64,000 nt of DNA from Macrostomum lignano (taxonomy: Eukaryota), in assembly GCA_002269645.1 (NCBI GenBank), contig NIVC01001174.1, forward strand, positions 1 through 64,000, in the 5' to 3' direction. Under the pieces are notes generated by a model. That model searched no databases. It had not been told where the DNA came from and was given only the letters and a program-made list of their open reading frames with translations. Position numbers and translations under genes: made by a program. Below, one piece after another: positions 60,728-64,000 of this stretch (position 1 is its first letter; the number at the start of each line of letters is the position of its first letter).

Positions 60728-62510
60728 AACTGTTATGTTGTTATGTATCCGTGTTTACCCAAAAGACTGTTATGTATCCGTGTTTACCCAAAAGACTGTT
60801 ATGCATCCGTGTTTAACCAAGAAACTGTTATGCATCCGTGTTTACCCAAAAGACTGTTATGTATCCGTGTTTACCCAAAAGACTGTTATGTATCCGTGTT
60901 CACCCAAGAAACTGTTATGCATCCGTGTTTAACCAAGAAACTGTTATGCATCCGTGTTTACCCAAAAAACTGTTATGTATCCGTGTTTACCCAAAAGACT
61001 GTTATGCATCCGTGTTTACCCAAAAGACTGTTATGTATCCGTGTTTACCCAAAAGACTGTTATGTATCCGTGTTTACCCAAAAGACTGTTATGTATCCGT
61101 GTTTACCCAAAAGACTGTTATGTATCCGTGTTTACCCAAAAGACTGTTATGTATCCGTGTTTACCCAAGAAACTGTTATGCATCCGTGTTTACCCAAAAG
61201 ACTGTTATGTATCCGTGTTTACCCAAGAAACTGTTATGTATCCGTGTTTACCCAAAAGACTGTTATGTATCCGTGTTTACCCAAAAGACTGTTATGTATC
61301 CGTGTTTAATTAAGAAACTGCTATGTATTTTGTTTACCTAAGAACTGTTTTGGATCCATGTTTACACAAGAAACTGTTATGTATTCATGTTTACCCAAGA
61401 AACTGCTATGTATCCGTGTTTAATTAAGAAACTGCTATGTATCCGTGTTTAATTAAGAAACTGCTATGTATCCGTGTTTAATTAATAAACTGCTATGTAT
61501 TTTGTTTAATTAAGAAACTGCTATGTATCCGTGTTTAATTAAAAAACTGCTATGTATTTTGTTTACCTAAGAAACTGTTATGTATTCATGTTTACCCAAG
61601 AAACTGTTATGTATTCATGTTTACCCAAAAGACTGTTATGTATTCATGTTTACCCAAGAAACTGCTATGTATTCATGTTTACCCAAGAAACTGTTATGCA
61701 TCTGTGTTTAATTAAGAAACTGCTATGTATCCGTGTTTAATTAAGAAACTGCTATGTATCCGTGTTTACATAAGAACTGTTGACTGTTTTGGATCCATGT
61801 TTACCCAAGAAACTGTTATGCATCCGTGTTTACCCAAGAAACTGTTATGCATCCGTGTTTACCCAAGAAACTGTTATGCATCCGTGTTTAACCAAGAAAC
61901 TGTTATGCATCCGTGTTTAGCCAAGAAACTGTTATGCATCCGTGTTTACCCAAAAAAACTGCTATGTATCCGTGTTTACATAAGAACTGTTGACTGTTTT
62001 GGATCCATGTTTACCCAAGAAACTGTTATGCATCCGTGTTTACCCAAGAAACTGTTATGCATCCGTGTTTAACCAAGAAACTGTTATGCATCCGTGTTTA
62101 GCCAAGAAACTGTTATGCATCCGTGTTTACCCAAAAAAACTGTTATGTATCCGTGTTTACCCAAGAACTGCTATGTATCCGTGTTTACCCAAGAACTGCT
62201 ATGTATCCGTGTTTAATTAAGAAACTGTTATGCATCCGTGTTTAATTAAGAAACTGCTATGTATCCGTGTTTAATTAAGAAACTGCTATGTATCCGTGTT
62301 TAATTAAGAAACTGCTATGTATCCGTGTTTAATTAAGAAACTGCTATGTATCCGTGTTTAATTAAGAAACTGTTATGCATCCGTGTTTAATTAAGAAACT
62401 GTTATGCATCCGTGTTTAATTAAGAAACTGTTATGCATCCGTGTTTAATTAAGAAACTGGTATGTATCCGTAATCAGTGTTATTATTACAAAAACTGGTA
62501 TGCATCCGTG
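60728..62510. repeat. 29-bp minisatellite (ACTGTTATGTATCCGTGTTTACCCAAAAG and variants), about 60 copies
   Basis: Spacing 60766 to 60795 = 29; variant blocks (CCCAAAAGAC, CCCAAGAAAC, TTAATTAAGAAAC) succeed each other along the array. Confidence 0.97.
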
Positions 62511-64000
62511 TTTACTAAAAGAAGATTTTCACTATGTCATCATGTCTTTGCGCTTAACCGAGAAACAATAAATTTTTTACTCTAGAAAAGCTAACTCTGA
62601 CACTGTTTGAGATCCCTTAATAAGCAGATAAAATCTTCACGATATGTTCAGGGCTTATTGATGCAACTATAATCGAAACAATTATTTTTAGGTGCTGGAG
62701 GACTTAATTGTTTGCGTTGTTTACTGTAGTCTATAATGAAGTCAACCAAAATGATTTAATTATGGATGCCGCATACCAGAAAAAATGGTATAGGTTAACG
62801 ACGCTAGTAAAGACGCGTAACGGAGAAAACCTTTTTCAACCAAAGGAAAAAAACAAAAAAACAAAACAAATGATGCATTCGATCGGTCAGAAAAAAAACA
62901 CCAAAATATTGATTAACACTAACTATATGAATGAAAATCATGGTAGGTGTCATGTACCCACATGTAGCTAGCACGGAAAAGCGCTGGAAATGTACTCAGA
63001 AGCCTAAGATGACAACAATCGAGACGTTAGCAATCAAGAAAACAAGCTGGGTGGATCATGAGTAGTCATTTGCGTCATAAACGAAGAAAAGTTGGCTGTT
63101 GGAGTTGCTAAAATGTCAATAAAAGTCTAGATCAAGTGGATTCAGTACTTTCTATTCGGCTAGAATTTCTTGAGTAGACACGATCAAGCAAGTCGGATAA
63201 AAACAACGATAAAATTTATTGAAGTATTTGTGCGAAAAAAGAGTTAAAGTTTGAAACTACTAGCTGCTAAAAAATGAATAGTCAAAAGTAAAATCGATCT
63301 GTTAAGGCGATGAAGTTTAACAGTAAGATTTAATCGGATTGAGGTTTCAATTAAAATAGCGCAGGTATACAACCATAAAAATATGAGAAAATCAAGAGTT
63401 AATATACTAGCTTTAATTTTCTAGGAAAATAAAACAAAAAGAAGGTTCATGGAAATAAACAGACGAGCGCCACAATCCGAAATCGTTTGAATTTCGCAGA
63501 ACGAAATTCTAGAAGAACGAAACAACCGGAGACCGACAAGCAGGCAAAATTCTGAGGCTATATCGATTGTTCTTTCCCGGATTTTTTGTTAGAGTTTTGT
63601 TTACGAGTATGGTAAATCCGTTCGCAATACACAACTGTGCAATGCATTTTGCGTTGGGAAAAAGCTACGAGTATTTGACAAAGAGTTCAAAGGTTCTGTC
63701 AAATTAAAGATTAAGATACTGAGAACCTCCTATCCTTCGGATGCTCTTGACTCCATTGTAATCCGCACGACTTGCGAGTGTAGCGTCCAATTCTACTTTT
63801 TCCATGGAAGGATACCAACGTCAGAATCGAGCTAGATTTACTTTGTAGAGGCTTTCAAATTTTTAGGTTTAAATATTTTGACAATAAAAAACATTGCTAC
63901 ACCAAAGCAAAAACAATATACAGTACAGAAAAAATGAAAAATTAAAATGAAATATGATAAATATGAAACCAGTTTCACTAAGGATATTGTTTAGCAGCAT

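Overview
Animal genomic DNA with spliceosomal genes and very dense minisatellites. The composition fits a repeat-rich invertebrate such as a Macrostomum-like flatworm, but the organism is my inference. The left third holds two minus-strand genes: an unidentified multi-exon gene running off the left edge, and a complete 9-exon CTR9 (PAF1 complex, about 1214 aa). Most of their introns contain tandem repeats, usually a different one in each. Both genes have strongly CpG-depleted 5' flanks. The remainder is an accessory, immune-looking region. It contains a secreted [Cys-rich + fucolectin-like] x2 gene with a 7-nt frameshift, a PAN + fucolectin gene, two paralogous 2xEGF type-I membrane proteins, two tandem ankyrin + MAP3K-like probable pseudokinases, and an intronless apolipoprotein-L-like gene. 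Mobile elements include a TSD-flanked, decayed R1/LOA-type LINE (APE-RT-RNase H), several hAT-like MITEs with internal mini- or microsatellites, tRNA-derived SINEs, a Tc1 remnant and probable Penelope-like remnants. All calls come from manual reading and recalled motifs; no database search was run.
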